Shown piece by piece: positions 17,761 to 34,900 of a DNA stretch of 64,000 nucleotides. Where the stretch lies: NCBI RefSeq assembly GCF_009914755.1, contig NC_060947.1. One strand, written 5' to 3'. The translations under genes and the position numbers were made by a program. Below the pieces are notes generated by a model. It saw only the letters and a list, made by a program, of their open reading frames with translations. It had not been told where the DNA came from and ran no database searches. The stretch is from the human T2T-CHM13v2.0 reference genome, Homo sapiens. Positions within the stretch are counted from its first letter, which is position 1. Each line of letters starts with the position of its first letter.

Positions 17761-18994
17761 TAAACTTTCCTGGATGTCTCAGTTCACCTACAGAAAGCTC
17801 TAGCCTCCTGAGAAACTTCCCACACCATGGAGATTAGATCTGTAGCAATTTGTCTAGTTCATTTCTCTGATCCAAGAGGGTCAAACGGTTATAGCTCAGG
17901 GTAGGTTCCTAAGCTGAACTCTATGTTGTTAGAAAGACTGGAGTGGGTATCTTTCTAGGTATTTACATTTCAAAAAATATGAAGCCCATACCTTGGAGAC
18001 ATTTCCAGATTGTAAAACATGAGACACATAGGGCTAGCTGGTTTCTGCAGAAGCTGGAATTAGGACTCAGGCCTGTTATGTTTCCACAGAGAACCTTTCA
18101 GAATGAGAGATGGATAGCAGCCTCCTTCTCCTTTATAAGCAGAAAAAATGATTTTTCCTAGTCTCCCACTTATGGAGTACCCAGCCACTCAAGTAGGAAA
18201 ATGTTTCATCAGCGTTCATCATGTTGCCCTAGGGGTAAGTCTTTGGGCAAAGGAAGGGCACAGCAACAATATTTACTGTAAGGTAATTAAATGAAATCTG
18301 CCTCTGATTCAGAACCCCTCATGCTCATTCAGGATAAAATTATTGAAGAGTAATATTAAAAATGCAACATGATGGTGTGTGTGTGTGTGTGTGGGGGGGG
18401 TGTTCTGTGCATGGGGGACAGAGTAAGGGACTGTGATATGCTCAGCTTGGAAAGCTAACATTCCTTCCACAAGGAAATAATAAATTCTGAGGTTTGAGGA
18501 GAAAAAAAATACTTAGGAGTTATTTTCTCATTCAGCTAATATACGTTGAGTGCCTACATATCAAAGTTTAATGGGCAAACAGAGGAACAGGATCTCTTGA
18601 GAGATAGAAAAGGAACAAATAGGTGGAGAGATTAGGGGAAATGAGGAGTGTAGAAATTTCAAGGAGAGAGTGAGAATTTTGAGAGGAAGAGGGTGACCAA
18701 GTGAGTCCAATGAAACACAGAAGTAAAGTAAGATCAGCATTGCAGAGTGTTCACTAGATGTGCTGAGAGCAATTTCAGTGGAGGGCAGAAGCCTCAGAAG
18801 TAGGCATAGCTGAGGAGTGAGTGGAAGAAGGAGTAGGTATTTCAAGTGAAAATCAAATGTTCAATTTTCTTTTTCTGAGAAGGAAAAGAGGAAGACACGA
18901 CAGGAGGACAGAGAGGATAACAAGACAAAGGGATAAGAAGTTCTTTTTAGCATAGGAATGATTTGAACCTAGAGTGAAAGACGGAAGCTAGCAG

Positions 18995-19123
18995 TAGGGT
19001 AACCAACCATCTTGGTTTGTCCAGCATTGAGTTTTTCAGGATGAGAGACTTTCGATGTTAAAACCAGAATAGTTTCAGGAAAATTGGACAGTCTCAGGAA
19101 AACGAGGAAAGTTGGTCACCCTA
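18995..19123. mobile_element. hAT MITE (MER96-like)
   Basis: Terminal inverted repeats TAGGGTAACCAAC ... GTTGGTCACCCTA. Confidence 0.7.
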
Positions 19124-19124
19124 G

Positions 19125-19501
<377 letters not shown>

Positions 19502-21339
19502 GGAAATGGATCTTAAAGGTCTCATCAAACTTAAAAACTTAAGGCACTAAAAACTTAAAAAGTCCAAGGCACTATTTGATGATATAATTCCATTGTTAAA
19601 ACTGGACAGTAAATAATTCAAAGCTAAGGAGCATCCATTGTGAGAGACCACGTGTTTGCCCATCGAGTTGTTGCCAAGGACTTAGATCCACCACAGCTGC
19701 ACAGTTCATTTCTTAAATATGAGTCATTGAAGATTAAAATGAGGCCAAAGAAAAGACAAAGAAAGTTCTGTTATTACAAAGACATAAGCACCATTATTTT
19801 CACATTGTTGCCTGAAATTAAGAAAAGAAAGTGGATGGAAGAGAGGGTTAAGTGATTGTATCTTTAGAATTTCAAAAGATTCAGATTAAATACAAAAGGA
19901 TAAAACTCCCACAAAAAGAGAGAAATAGTTGGTTCAAGGAGGTCAGAGGTTAAAGAAAATGGCAATAATTCTTATCATGTGGGAAAAACTATAAATAACA
20001 ATATGTAATTTTAAACATGGTTATATGTAAGATCCTCTTTAATTTAGTCACTTAACAAACTTCAAGCAACTACTATGTATCAGACACTGTTCTAGGCAAT
20101 GAACATCTGTGGTCTTTGTAGCATGGAGCTTAAAACAAATGGCTTTATGTAGTAAAAAAAAAGCAATGTAGAATCTGCATTAAAATAATGGAAAGCCAAT
20201 TTTTCAGTATCTAATAACTCACCATAAACTGCATGTTGTAGTATAATTTATTGCATTTTAAAAGAAAGAAAAATGAAGACTTTCTTTTAAAAAAAGACAA
20301 ACAAGAATATTTAATGTCAAGAGCCTTGATTTTGATAAGTGTCTTGTCTCCCAAAAAGGCCTGTTTGAAAGAGGTTTGAGAAAATATATACTCATATATA
20401 CTGATTTTGTCATATAAATTTTGGTTAATATTTTAAACCAGAGAAGTCAGTTCCTTTATGTGATGATAGAAAAGGTATCAGATATAGATATTTTCTCCCA
20501 TGTACATACAGAATACGTATTTACAATATTCAGATGTTAGCATTCAGATGTTAAGATAATTACTTCCTGAATCCCTTGAACAGATAAAATTATCTTTGTT
20601 AAAACACATCCTCTTCCCCATACCTTTCTTTTCACCTTTCCAAGACAGCCAGACCCAAGGGTCCAAAATAGTGATATGAGAGAATTAGAAGCAATACTAA
20701 AGACGTAGAGCACCTCTATGAAAATAAAATATGCAATTTAGAAAATGTTAGGAATACTACACAGATGTTTGTCCTTGAGCTTCTTAAGGTTCACAAAATA
20801 AACTTATATGAAGTATGCTACTACACTATTATAGCAATGATAATCTCAAGATAAATCTATTTATTATGAAGGTTGAATTATCTGGTAGATTGCACTTAAA
20901 ACACCATAGGTACTGGCCAACCGGGTGACTGATTGTTGACTCACTAATTTGTTCATTCAAAAAATATTTATTTTGAACCTATTAGGTACAAAGTTAGGAA
21001 AGATATAGAGACTTAATCTTTGTCATTAAGGAGCCAATAGTTTGGTTGAGTAGGTATATTTGTGGTGTATACTTTTATATTATGAATGTTTCATCCATGC
21101 AAATTGAGATACAGATAAGTTAGGGTTTACCTAAGGCCATCAGTTAATTACACACTTTGAATCTAAATCTTGCAATTCTAAAGTGAAGCTGAAAGTGAGT
21201 GATAACAAAACATAAAATCTCCCTGACTTAGAATAATTTGGAAGCCACATAAGTGGAAAATCCTAATGGCCATGGAAGAAATCAGAAACTTAAAAAATTC
21301 CTGAAAGTAATAGAGAAGAACCAAGTTATTGATTATTAT

Positions 21340-21694
<355 letters not shown>

Positions 21695-22069
21695 TAAAAA
21701 TATCTAAATAATGCCATAAATAGAAGTAGCTCAGAACCACGTATGGAGGGGATGAAAGGTGAGATATTGATTTGCTTCATGAGAGGAACAAGAGGAGAAC
21801 TCTGGGCATAGGTAATGACATGACAGGGAGAAAAGCTATCTTGCTTTCTCCTGGGGACAGTGGATTTAGGATCATATTACTATGGATGTGAGTAAAAGCC
21901 CGTGCTTTTCAAAACACAGATGTCTTTCAATCATGTACAGCTTGCCTGGCGCTGAATTTTACCTGTATTCATATTGAAATGGTAAATTTGTGTTTTTCAG
22001 AATAAAATCTGATGGAATGACTAGAAATACTACCCATATTTGTAAGCAGAACTTCCTAGAATCATCCTG

Positions 22070-22250
22070 GGAGGCAGGCTGAAGTGGTGAAAAGAGCACT
22101 GTTCTGAGTGGCAGAAGCCTTGGGCTTCAAGCCTGGGCTGGGCCAGAACCTGGCTGCAGTGATCCAGAAAAGGTGATAAACTCTTCCTGCTCCTCTGTGT
22201 CCTCATTTGTAAAATGTGGGCATTTGCTAAAACCTTATCTAAGTTCTAAC
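22070..22250. mobile_element. MIR
   Basis: MIR core-like CTCTGTGTCCTCATTTGTAAAATG. Boundaries approximate. Confidence 0.55.
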
Positions 22251-23371
22251 ATCCAGTTCTCATATACTATAATCAATTTGTTAAGATCATTAATCGGCCA
22301 CAGGCCTGCTCTATGGTGGCAGTTTGAGAGTCTCTGCTAAGCATCGTTATTATCGATGCTTAAAAACCATAGCCATAGCTTGGCATATAGTAAATGCTCA
22401 GTAAACATTGTTGACTAAGATACAGAACACCCAGTTAGAACACTAGAGTGTGTTATATGAAGGCCAAGTTGATTTAGATGCAAAACAGGCTTGCAGGGGA
22501 AAGCCTGGACTCATGAATCATAAGTGAAAAAATTAATGCTGTAAATTGGGAAAAATGGACAGATCTTATTCTAGGTCTACTCATGTTCCAGATCCAAAGC
22601 TGAGTGTCACTGCTGAGTTACTGGGTGGAATTTCCTCAAGAAGTGGTCCCATTAGCATTGCCTTCTTCAACCTAGTGATTTCTTAAAGGAGATTTTCATG
22701 TCCAAACACTCAGAAGTTCCATGGTTTGAACTGCTGCTTGGGGCTTTTTCTGTAGTCTGCAGGATTAGGTAGGAGATGAGAGGACACTAGACAGGCTCTG
22801 AAATGTAGGATGATCCAACAGTTCTGTTCATTCAACAAATGGATACCGAGCAGGCATAGAACAAGATGTTAACAGTCATATCTGTAACTTGATCTGTATT
22901 TACTAGTTTTGCCATCCTACGTCATCATTCTTGTTCCTGTGTTATTTCTACCTTATTTTTTATGTCTCCTGTATTGTTTCTATGTCTGACAAGAAAGTTG
23001 CTGAATATATTCTGTCACCAAAAGGACCTTCTTTATTTAAAGAGCCACCATATTTATTGAGTCTCAAACACATAAGAATATTTTACCAAATGCTCACTTC
23101 GGGACAAGCAATGCTCAGTTAACTTAAAAGCGAGGTCTTGGAAAAGGGCAAGCAATCCAGGATGTACATGGCAGGGTGGCAAGAATATTGCCCCCAGTAA
23201 TCTAAAGCAAATTCATAGGGGTTCATGGAAGAAAAAAATTTGAAGAAAGAGGCAATGGAGCAAACAACAGAAAGAGAGGTTTCCCTTAATAGTCATTTGA
23301 GACAGCTAGTATTACAGAAGTTATGAACATGGGTATCTGGGCTATAAAGAAAAGGCCATAATCATCTTTTC

Positions 23372-23840
23372 TTATTGAGATAAGAACACTTAATATGAAC
23401 TTTACCCTGTTAACACATTTTTTTTTTTTTTTGAGACGGAGTCTCGCTCTGTCACTCAGGCTGGAGTGCAGTGGTGCGCGATCTCGGCTCACTGCAAGCT
23501 CCGTCTCCCAGGTTCACGCCATTCTCCTGCCTCAGCCTCCCGAGTAGCTGGGACTACAGGTGCCTGCTACCATGCCCGGCTAATTTTTTCTTTTTTTGTA
23601 TTTTTAGTAGAGATGGGGTTTCACCGTGTTAGCCAGGATGGTCTTGATCTCCGGACCTCGGTTAACACATTTTTAAGTGCACAAATCGGTATTGTTAACT
23701 ATAGGCACAATGTTATGCAGCAGACCTCTAGAACTTTTTCATCTTGCATAACTGAAACTTTATATCCATTGAGCAACAACTCGCCCTTACAATGTATGGC
23801 AACCATTTTTCTACTCTCTGCTTCTATGAGTTTGACTAAA
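23372..23840 (-). mobile_element. Old L1M 3'-end fragment interrupted by an AluY
   Basis: L1MA/MB-type 3' sequence (GTATTGTTAACTATAGGCACAATGTT...CTAGAACTT...CATCTTGCATAACTGAAACTTTATA) lies on both sides of the Alu. Confidence 0.7.
23423..23660 (-). mobile_element. 5'-truncated AluY
   Basis: TSD GTTAACACATTTTT at 23409-23422 and 23661-23674. Confidence 0.93.
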
Positions 23841-24599
23841 TAATCATCTAAATAAGATGACAAAAAGCTCCGCCTTATTTTCACTCCACTTCTGAATAAA
23901 AGTGAAGATAAGGGATTGAAGTATCAGATACATCCATTCATTGTTTCAGATAGTCAACAACATGAACAACAATATTAATTTATAAATGAGATTGAATAAA
24001 TTTGATGTAAAATTGAAAAGTAAATGAACATATTTCAGGCCTGAAATTATGTTTTTTTTTAAAAAATCTAATTATAGTCAATGAAAAAACATTTTTGAGT
24101 GTATAAGGGGAAAATGTGTTTAACAAACTCTGTGTTGAGATTTATTTTTCTGGAAGTCTTTGAAAACAAAGATTGTATTCTCTGAGATCAAGGGCACGGG
24201 CTAGAATAGTCCAGCCTGCTTGCAGGTCTGTGATACTATGGAGGAATAGTTTACTGCGCACACAGCATCTTGAACAGCTGTTTGACTCTTAATTCTAAGG
24301 CTGGGCTGCTTCCAACAATCACTGGGGAAGTTACTTCCTACTGACAATAATGTTGTTAAGTTCTGAGCTGACCTTGAGAGATCACTGGTGAAAACTCAAT
24401 CTAGTTCCCGTGGCCATTTAGGGAATTAGGTCTTAGGTCATTAAGCCTAAACTTTAAGATTTGGAAATTACTTCTGAAATGTTAGTAGAAATGAATGGAT
24501 TATTAGAAAACCCTGTGACAAATTAATTTGTGTATGTTCTCAAGATACTGAGCCAAAATTTGAGATTGTCAAGTATAAGTGGTAAATAATATCTGAATC

Positions 24600-25840
<1,241 letters not shown>

Positions 25841-26436
25841 AATAAATTCTAGAAATCTGAGTTATGGTATAATTTTTCCTAAAATAATGTTTTTGGGGGA
25901 CAAAAGGAAGAGCACAGAAAAAAATCAAGGGGATCATTTGTAATTAAATGAATAATGTGTGTAAAAGTGCTTTGTCAAGGCAAAACACTATGCAGATACT
26001 GTTTTAAAGAGTATTTGTCAGGACATCAAAATATTTTGACAAAGTGAGAGAGAAGACTGGTAGAGAAGTCAGTTTGTAAATTATTCACATCTCATCTTGT
26101 TACAGTCATTAAAGCAAAGCAGCAATTCCTAGATGACTCAGTTCTTCAGTTTTGATGATAAAGCTAGTTTTCAGAAGACTTAGACTTAGTTTTCAGAAGA
26201 CTCAAATGCCTAGAAATGCAGTTCTAAAAATAATTTTTAAGTCATTTCTATTCAGCATCCCTAAATATGACTGCATAGGATATCAAACTTATACAAAAAT
26301 GATGAAGAATAGATCAAAAAGACGTCTATTTCCTCCAACGCGGCTAAAAAGACACCTTAGAGTAGATATAACTAACAGTCAAGTGGTTTAGAAACTCTAA
26401 GAGGCCAGGTCATTGAATGTTAGAATGAATCACTCT

Positions 26437-26752
<316 letters not shown>

Positions 26753-28731
26753 AGAATGAATCACTCTATCGCAACTTTTGGTTGTTTTTCAGAGGTGATA
26801 GGGAACAACGCATTTTTCTTAACACAGAGCTGACTTAAATCTTAACATTCACAAATGACATCCAAAGATATTTTCTCTTTCTGTAAAAAGAAAACACAGA
26901 AAACTCGTCAAGCTAACATACATACTAAAATGTATCCCACGTAAGCAGGCCAGCACTGATAACAGAATGAGCCTAAATAAATGTATAATCTACAACATGA
27001 TTTCAGGATAATTTTATTGAATTTCTCAGCCTGTCTCTCACTTTGTGGTGACTTCTGAAGAAATCGAACATGCATAATATATGACCTGACAAATGAACAA
27101 GTAAACTACTTTATTCAAGCCTTTTCATTTGTCAACAGCATCCAAGCAATAATGGCTTTCTGTCCACTCTTTTAATAATGTATGTATTGATTACTTCCAT
27201 CTAAATCTTAACCAGAAAATCTCGGGAAGCTTTGAAGGTATCCTTAATGATCTCTAGGGAAGGGATTATAGAGATTTTTTTAATTGAAAGATGAAAACCT
27301 AGTGACAAACAATTTCATTAGTAAAAAGGCAAACAAAAAGTCATTACCTACACTGTTGTTACAATCAAGATCTAATCTCCATTTGGATTTGGGGTAGGAG
27401 GAAGGGAGTTGAATAAGCTGATGTTTTATTGCAGTTCTCCTTAGAAATTCCCCACTATGATTTGCTCCTTTAAAACTCTCTCTAGGTTAATCACAGAAGT
27501 AGACAAGTAATAAATATCACTTTAGTGACTGCTCAAGTAAAACAAAGGAAGTCAGTTTTTAAAATATATCTGGACCAGAATAACACCCACTAATTGAAAA
27601 CGAGTCAGTCTAGTGAGGCAAGTAATGAGGAACTGTAAAAGCCAGGATAATGTATTCAAAAGACATAAAAATTGGTCAGTTTATATTTGCTAAGGCATAT
27701 TTGAGCTTTAATTATTTATAACACTTCACCGCATCTGGAGCATTATTTTATTAATTAGTCTTGAGAGCCATTCAGTTGCAGTTGTTATGCTGCCCAGCTG
27801 GTTTGGGGAGCACAGATCTACTCCCATGGGTGTGAAAATTGCTTTGAGGAGTGAGACTATGGTCCCCAAATATGTCTGTGGAGTATCTTGGAATTTTACC
27901 TACAGAAGAACCATATATCTCTCCATGACAGCAATTGATATTGACTGTATATTTTCTCTACAAGAAAAGAGTACAAGATATGTAATATTTTGCTACAAAA
28001 TATTATCACTAATCTGAAATGGTATACAAAGAAAAACACAAATTACCTGTTTTGTAAACATCCTGATTTATAGAAAATGAAAGTGAAAATGAACAACATT
28101 TGATTTTAGTTTCAACTATTGACATTTTAATGGGATTTGTATCCCCATAAAAAGCATCAGCAAAGGATATTAATAATTTAGAATAGAGAGTAAGCAGATG
28201 ACTTTTTAAAAAAGTGGCACTCTAAATACTTGCGGAATAAGTTTACAATTACAGTGACCCATCTTGATACCAAGGATTCTATACAAACAACAATTAAATC
28301 AAGAAACCCATAAAGAGCAATACAATGTACAATTCTGGAAACATGGCAAAGTAAAACAAAAGTCCACAAATATAAGATCTGTCAACTATTAGATCTTGAT
28401 GGAATTTTGTACTGATTCTGTTCTTTTTCTCTTTTTCTAACTGAGTTCAGGAGATCTGATACGCAGATCCAGTTTCAAGGATTTTCCATTGTTCTTTTGC
28501 CCATAGGCTTCAAGAGCATCACTAACTAGACAGTCCATATATGAAAGGGCTACCACATACATGTGACAAAACTTTGAGTCAAACAGGCTACTAAACTGTT
28601 CTCTCATCAGCACTCAGGAGCGATGATGTTGTTTGAGGAAGGAGAGTGTTTTGTGTCAAGAATTTTTCTTAAAGATACCAAGAGAAGCTTGAAAAAGCAT
28701 TGCGCCAAACTACAAGTAAAAGCTGTATGTC

Positions 28732-29192
28732 GTATGTTTATTGAAGCACCATTCACAATAGCAAAGGCGTGGAACCAACCCAAATGCCCATCAATGATAT
28801 ACTGGATTAAGAAAATGTGGCACATGTACACCATGGAATACTGTGAAGCCATAAAAAAGGATGAGATCATGTCCTTTGCAGGGACATGGATGAAGCTGGA
28901 AACCATCATTCTCAGCAAACTAACAGAGGAACCGAAAACCAAACACTGCATGGTCTCACTCATAAGTGGGAGATAAACAATGAAAACATATGGACACAGG
29001 GAGGGGAACATCACACACTGGGGCCTGTCAGGGGGTGGGGGGCTAGGGGAGGGATAGCATTAGGAGAAATACCTAATGTAGATGACGGGTTGATGGGTGT
29101 GGCAAACCACCATGGCACATGTATACCTATGTAACAAACCTGCACTTTCTGCACATGTATCCCAGAATGTAAAGTATAATAATAAAAAAAAA
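28732..29192 (+). mobile_element. 5'-truncated L1PA (L1PA7/8-like) 3' end
   Basis: ORF2 C-terminus RMFIEAPFTIAKAWNQPKCPS..., G-rich 3'UTR and poly(A). Confidence 0.93.
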
Positions 29193-30033
29193 CCTGTGCA
29201 TCAAAGTAGCTCTACACACTTTACAAAAAGATGCTTAATTAGAAATAAACAGAAAACTCCTGTAAATAAGAAGGGAATACCACTCTATTCTTTCTTTCCC
29301 TGCTCTTGGTCTCAATAGCCTTCCTTTATCTAACCAGTGTCTACTGTATACTAGGCACTTTGGAATGTGCTGAGTAGAAAAATGACAGCTTTCCCCCTCC
29401 CAAAAATCTTCTTGAAGGACATGGTTTAGCAAGAGTAGTCGATATTTATCAAATAGTAACACATGTACGTGATGACAAACAACGCTATGTTATAGAAAAG
29501 TAGACAATTTTAGAAGTGTGTAAAGAAAGATCTGGTCAAATGTAGACAACAGGGAAAAGTTTGCACAATGTCCGAGCCAAGATGTAAAGGATTATTAGAT
29601 GATAACCAGGATATTATGAGTGGGTGGGTATAGGTAAAAGGGTTTGAGACAGAGGACCAACATATTTAAAGCCCCACATAAGAGGGACACGCAGAATTGG
29701 AAAAAGTAAATGGAGGCAGTATGGCTGGCATCCAAACAGCAAGGGAAGAGCATCTAGGAAAGAGGAGGCTGAGGCCAGACAAGCCAGATAGTGCCTTGTC
29801 ACCCTTGTTGAGGATTTTGGTCTTTTTCCAAGAGCACTGAGAAGACTACTATAGTGTTAAGATAAGGACTGATATAATTGGATTTATGTTTTTTACACAG
29901 ATTATTCTGACTGAAATGTAGAGATTGCATTGTAGGGTGGCAAGAGTAGATGCAGAAAGGTTAGGAGAAATGGTCTTTTATAATTATGATGATAACAATA
30001 GTAGACAGTCAAAAACAATTTTGAAGGTAAATT

Positions 30034-30332
30034 GGCCAGGTGCGGTGGCTCACGCCTGTAATCCCAGCACTTTGGGAGGCCAAGACAGGCAGATCACGAG
30101 GTCAAGAGATCGAGACCATCTGGCCAACACGGTGAAACCCTGTCTCTACTAAAAATACAAACATTAGGTGGGCATGGTGGCGCGTGCCTGTAGTCCCAGC
30201 TACTCGGGAGGCTGAGGCGGGAGAATTGCTTGAACCAGGAGGCGGAGGTTGCAGTGAGCCAAGATTGTGCCATTGCAACTCCAGCCTGGTGACAGAGCAA
30301 GACCCAGTCTCAAAAAAAAAAAAAAAAAAAAA
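30034..30332 (+). mobile_element. AluS (AluSc-like)
   Basis: Dimeric Alu with GGTCAAGAGATCGAGACCATC and an A tail. Confidence 0.93.
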
Positions 30333-31789
30333 TTGACCCAGTGATGTCTTGGTAGTGGAAGGCTGAAGGCTGGTCATCCGGAAAAGGTACTGTACCAGAC
30401 AACTACATTGTTGTCTGGTATGAGAAAATATTTAGTTAGAGTCTCGGAATATTTAGCTAGAGTTTTGGAGTTTTGTAGATTGCAGCAACAAAAAGATAAA
30501 GAAGCAAAGGGTTTCAGACTTTTGAAAACAAGTTATTAAAATTTAGATGATTGAATCTAAGTTGTATTTGGAAGGAGGTAAATATGGAAGGGCAGAGGAA
30601 CTAATGTATAAAACACAGAGTAATCAATGGGCTGGAAGTCCTGTGAAATTCACGAAAGGTTAACAGGTAGCTATCTGAGCAAGCACACTAACCAAGTGGG
30701 GACGGATTAACTTCATTCTGGTGAGTATCACTCATAACTCTAGCATCACCATCTCCCCAAGTCATGTTCTTTGTCATGAGATTCCTGAGTAAGGACTGCG
30801 TTAAGTACAGACATTTTACCACTCTTAACAAGCAACCAAAACTAATAACCAGGAATAGTGAAGCAGTATTTATAACAAAATACTGGCTGGAAGAAACCAC
30901 AGCAATTATTTGGACCAATTTCCTCATATTACAGTTGAAGAACAAAATAGCAATCAGAATCCATCTTATGAAGAAATATGACTAGAATCTCAGTCTCCTG
31001 ACTCCTAGTGCACATGTCCAGTGATTCATTTTCTTTGGTTTCTGGAACTAGCATAAAATTCATCTTTTGTAGAAATTCTGTCTCATTTCACTATATCGCA
31101 TAATGCATTTTTTAAAAAAGGCCCATCCTTCTCAATGAGTGCTTTTCTATATGTACACCAGAGTGTTTTGGCTGTTTATTCAAAGTCAGAACATTTAAAA
31201 CACATAGCACCATTACATTTCACCCTACCACAAAAGCTAATTTAATATTCAGAAATATATGAAGGCAAATGGCTAAAGGAGAAACTGGCAGTTTCCCTGG
31301 CATTTTTTTTTTTTTTTGCAAAGATCCCTGGGTCTTCTTTCATGTTCTCTTCCCTTTTTATAATTTCCTATATCCTCTTCTCCAGAATAATATAAACCCT
31401 TGACCTTTCCTCAAGATGCCACCTTTGGCTGTATCTCCACAGAGATCTTTCCTTTACATGCTCAACATACAAAAGTGGTACCATTTTATCAAGTTTTTAT
31501 TATTTGGTAGTAATTTGTTTGGTTTGCTATTCATTTCTGTTCTTGTATCTTTTATTCTCATTTCCAAAACACTTATCAGTATCCACTCTACACCAGACAC
31601 TTTACTAGACTCTAGGGTCTTGGAGGTGAACAAGACAAAATCTCTGCCTTTTTCACTCAGAGCTTAGTAGAGAAGATAGAAATGTAAATAAAAATAAAAC
31701 AAACAAACAAAGAAATAATTGGTCATCGTTGGAGGATGCTAGTGAACAAGTTGTTATTATAAAAATTGGTAAAATTGAAACGTATTTTG

Positions 31790-32710
31790 CTTGTTCGGTA
31801 TGAAAGGTATACTGAGTACCAAAATAGGAGACAAGTGCAAAACATTTTTTTCATAGACCTACCCCAGTGAATAAATGAAGAAGGAATGGTAGAGATAGGC
31901 AATTATCACACTGCAACCCCTAGCCACTGATCGTGAACAGCTATTAAACATCACACAAAAAGAGAAAACAAGGCATTATATACCACCTCCTGATGATGGA
32001 AGAATACACGAACACCTGTGAAGCAGTCTTGCCAAAAAAAGCCAAACCCAAATACAATCAAACTATAGAACTGCACTGTTCAATCGGTAGCTACTGGCAA
32101 CATCTGGCTACTGAGTACTTGGAATGTAATGAGCCTGAATTGAGATGTGCTGTAAATGTACATTTTTTCTATTGATTGCATGTTGAAATGACAATAAGAA
32201 TTGTACTACAGTTGCATGACATATAATGATGAAAAGAAACAGGGTGAAAGATACAGGGAAACTATTCTATTTTAGAAACTTACTGTGAATCTGTAATTAC
32301 TTCCAAACAAAAAGTAATAAAAAGACCAACTAACCAAAGTAAGGTGTGGGTCTGATTTCAATTTTTATTTAAACCAAAACCAGAAAAAGTTTAAAAAATG
32401 CATAATATGTATGAGAAAAATGGAAATTTGAATATGGACTGGATATTTGATATGATGAAATTATTGATATTTCAAAAGCATTATAGTAGCAAGGTGATTA
32501 CCTTAAAAGAGTGAATCCTATCTTTTAACCTTTTGAAATATTAACAATAAAATAACACACGCCTGATATTTGTTTTAAAACAATCTGGGAAGAGCTATAG
32601 AATAAATAAGATCTGACGTGATTTGATAATTGTTGATGTCTTGATGAGTACGAGTTTTATTATAGCATTCTGTCTACTTTTGTATATGTTCAATATTTTT
32701 CATCATGAAA
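31790..32710 (+). mobile_element. Old L1MC/MD-type fragment with a nested MER3-like hAT element (~32066-32200)
   Basis: L1M 3'-type motifs, plus CTGCACTGTTCAAT...GGCTACTGAGTACTTGGAATGT (MER3-like). Boundaries approximate. Confidence 0.5.
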
Positions 32711-32943
32711 AGCTTTTTTTTATATAGCCAAAAGAGATGGACGATTTCTTAAAGGGTATTATTAACACAAATGTGTTTGACATTTACAGTGTAATGGCTT
32801 AGATTATTTATAATTGACCCTTGGGTGAGAAGAGTAAAAAAGATTTCTATTCAACTTAATTTCAAACAAAATTAATTTTAAAATAGTCACTGGATTACTA
32901 TGTGCTTAACATGTGCAAGGCACGAGGCTTAAAAATGTCCTAC

Positions 32944-33100
32944 CCTATGTACATCGTTCTGCTTCTGAACTGCTGGAAAGTCGCCTCCAATAGGTGCCTG
33001 CCGGCTTAATTCATCATCTTTCAGCTGTAGCCACACCAGAAGTTCCTGCAGAGAAAGGTGCAGACGCTTCCACTGGTCAGAACTGGCTTCCAAATGGGAC
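32944..33100 (-). CDS. DMD: Dystrophin exon 57 (157 nt)
   Basis: Acceptor gttctttttcag|GTCCCAT, donor CATAGG|gtagga. Encodes [52 protein letters not shown]. Confidence 0.99.
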
Positions 33101-34199
33101 CTGAAAAAGAACAGCAGCGTACCATGTCAGAATATCTAGAAGTGTAATTGATGATTCTAACAATTCCATTGAAAAAGTACAATAAACCTATTGTGAACTA
33201 CAAAGCAGTCTTGAATAAAAATCTGGCTACTTACTTTTGAGAGCCACAAAACAGAGGATAGTTTGATGGCAATTTTGAGAAAAGGCAGTGTTTAGCCATA
33301 TGTTTATTTCCACATGCAGAATGCTGAGACTTTTGGCATGAAATACACACTGGAATCTATTGCTTTTCCATACTGTTGTAGTCAACAATTCTTAATATTT
33401 CTGGTAGAAAAAATTGGATGCAGTGACTAATGAAAAACACTTCGTTTTCATGTGACTCATGCTAGTACTGGAATTCTTTTTGCCTTGAGAAATGGAAAGG
33501 TCTCTCCCCACATTTTGACTTTTCCATTTCTACACCCTAGGCAGCCTTTTCCATTGAGTTCTTCCATCTGGCGTCTGTTCCTTTCTGCTCCTCTTCCCAA
33601 ATGCGTCTCCTTTCCCCCTACCCTTCTTTATTTGTGTGCACCTGGGATTTGTCTTCACCAAGTTTCAACATTTTCTGCTTTGTTTCCTTTGTGTAAAAAG
33701 TACTAAGACAACAACTCACATGGAAGAGTAAAATCAGACATTTATCTGAAAGCTTCCCCCGAACATGAATAATTTAGGCAGGAGACTGAGTGCTTTACCG
33801 TCAACTGTATTTAGAACACGTTAATCCTTAGAAGCCATTTAAGAATACACAAATGAATGATCTGTGCTATAAAATCCACATTTCACTTGAAGATGAGAAG
33901 CTAAATTAATAAAATAAATCATCATCCAGAAAACAAAGAGGAAACGCAGTGTTAGCAAAGCTTTATCTTCAGGTAAATTAGAAATTATGCTCAATCACTC
34001 AGCTATTATCAGCAATTACTAATTAATTCATAATAACGCTACCTATAACATAAATATAATAAAGACTTTAACGCTGCAAAGATTGAAATGTAAAGCAAAG
34101 CAACCAGGTGGAGCAACATTTCCCTTAGCCATTTGGTAACTTAGCTTGACATTACAAATACAATTCTCCTTTTGGCCTTAGTCAAACAGAATCACCAAA

Positions 34200-34900
34200 G
34201 AATACTTATCTACTGAAATTAAATTGTTCCAAACTTTCTGAAGGATAATTTGACAATACATAAAAGTCTTTAAAATGTGCAAAGACAATGACCCACAGGC
34301 TTAAATTCAAGGAAATTATACTAACAAAGAAATTGGAAAAAGATACAAAGATATAGGTGGAAAAATGTTATATATAGCATCATTTATGATTGATAAAACA
34401 AAACAGAAACAACTTAAATATTCAATATGAGGGAATTGCTTGAGAAATGCAAAACCCCAACCTACTGATTGTTTTCAAATGTAATGAAACTTGTATATGC
34501 TTTAAATTTAGAAATTAATGAAATTTATATATGAATTTAATTAAATAGCTCTTAATTTAAAAGGGAATTATTACATATATAATGGTGCATTCATACAGTA
34601 AAATCCTTTGCAAGGTTCAATATGATGACATAGCCAAATATTTATGGATATGGAAAAGGTCATCATCCCAGTTACTAAATGAGAAAACAGGTTACAAAAC
34701 AAATACATTTTTTGAATTTTTCTAAAACATTTGTGTATGTGTATGTATTTGTATGCACATGCTTGACTAGGAAAAAATTTTGTAATGACAACCAGGTTAT
34801 CCCTCAGAGGTAGATTTACAGGTGATTTATTTCTTAATCTTTCTACTTTTCCAAATTGTCAAGATTTTCTTTCTATAATTGCAGTATAAACAATATGTCC
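34200..34900 (+). mobile_element. Ancient L1ME-type fragment
   Basis: Degenerate ORF2 3' and 3'UTR motifs (GCATCATTTATGATTG...AAACAACTTAAATATTCA). Boundaries approximate. Confidence 0.45.

Noticed and set aside
28718-29202. TSD for the short plus-strand L1 (AAAAGCTGTATGTC vs AAAACCTGTGCATC)
   Set aside because: Four mismatches in 14 nt; too degenerate to assert.
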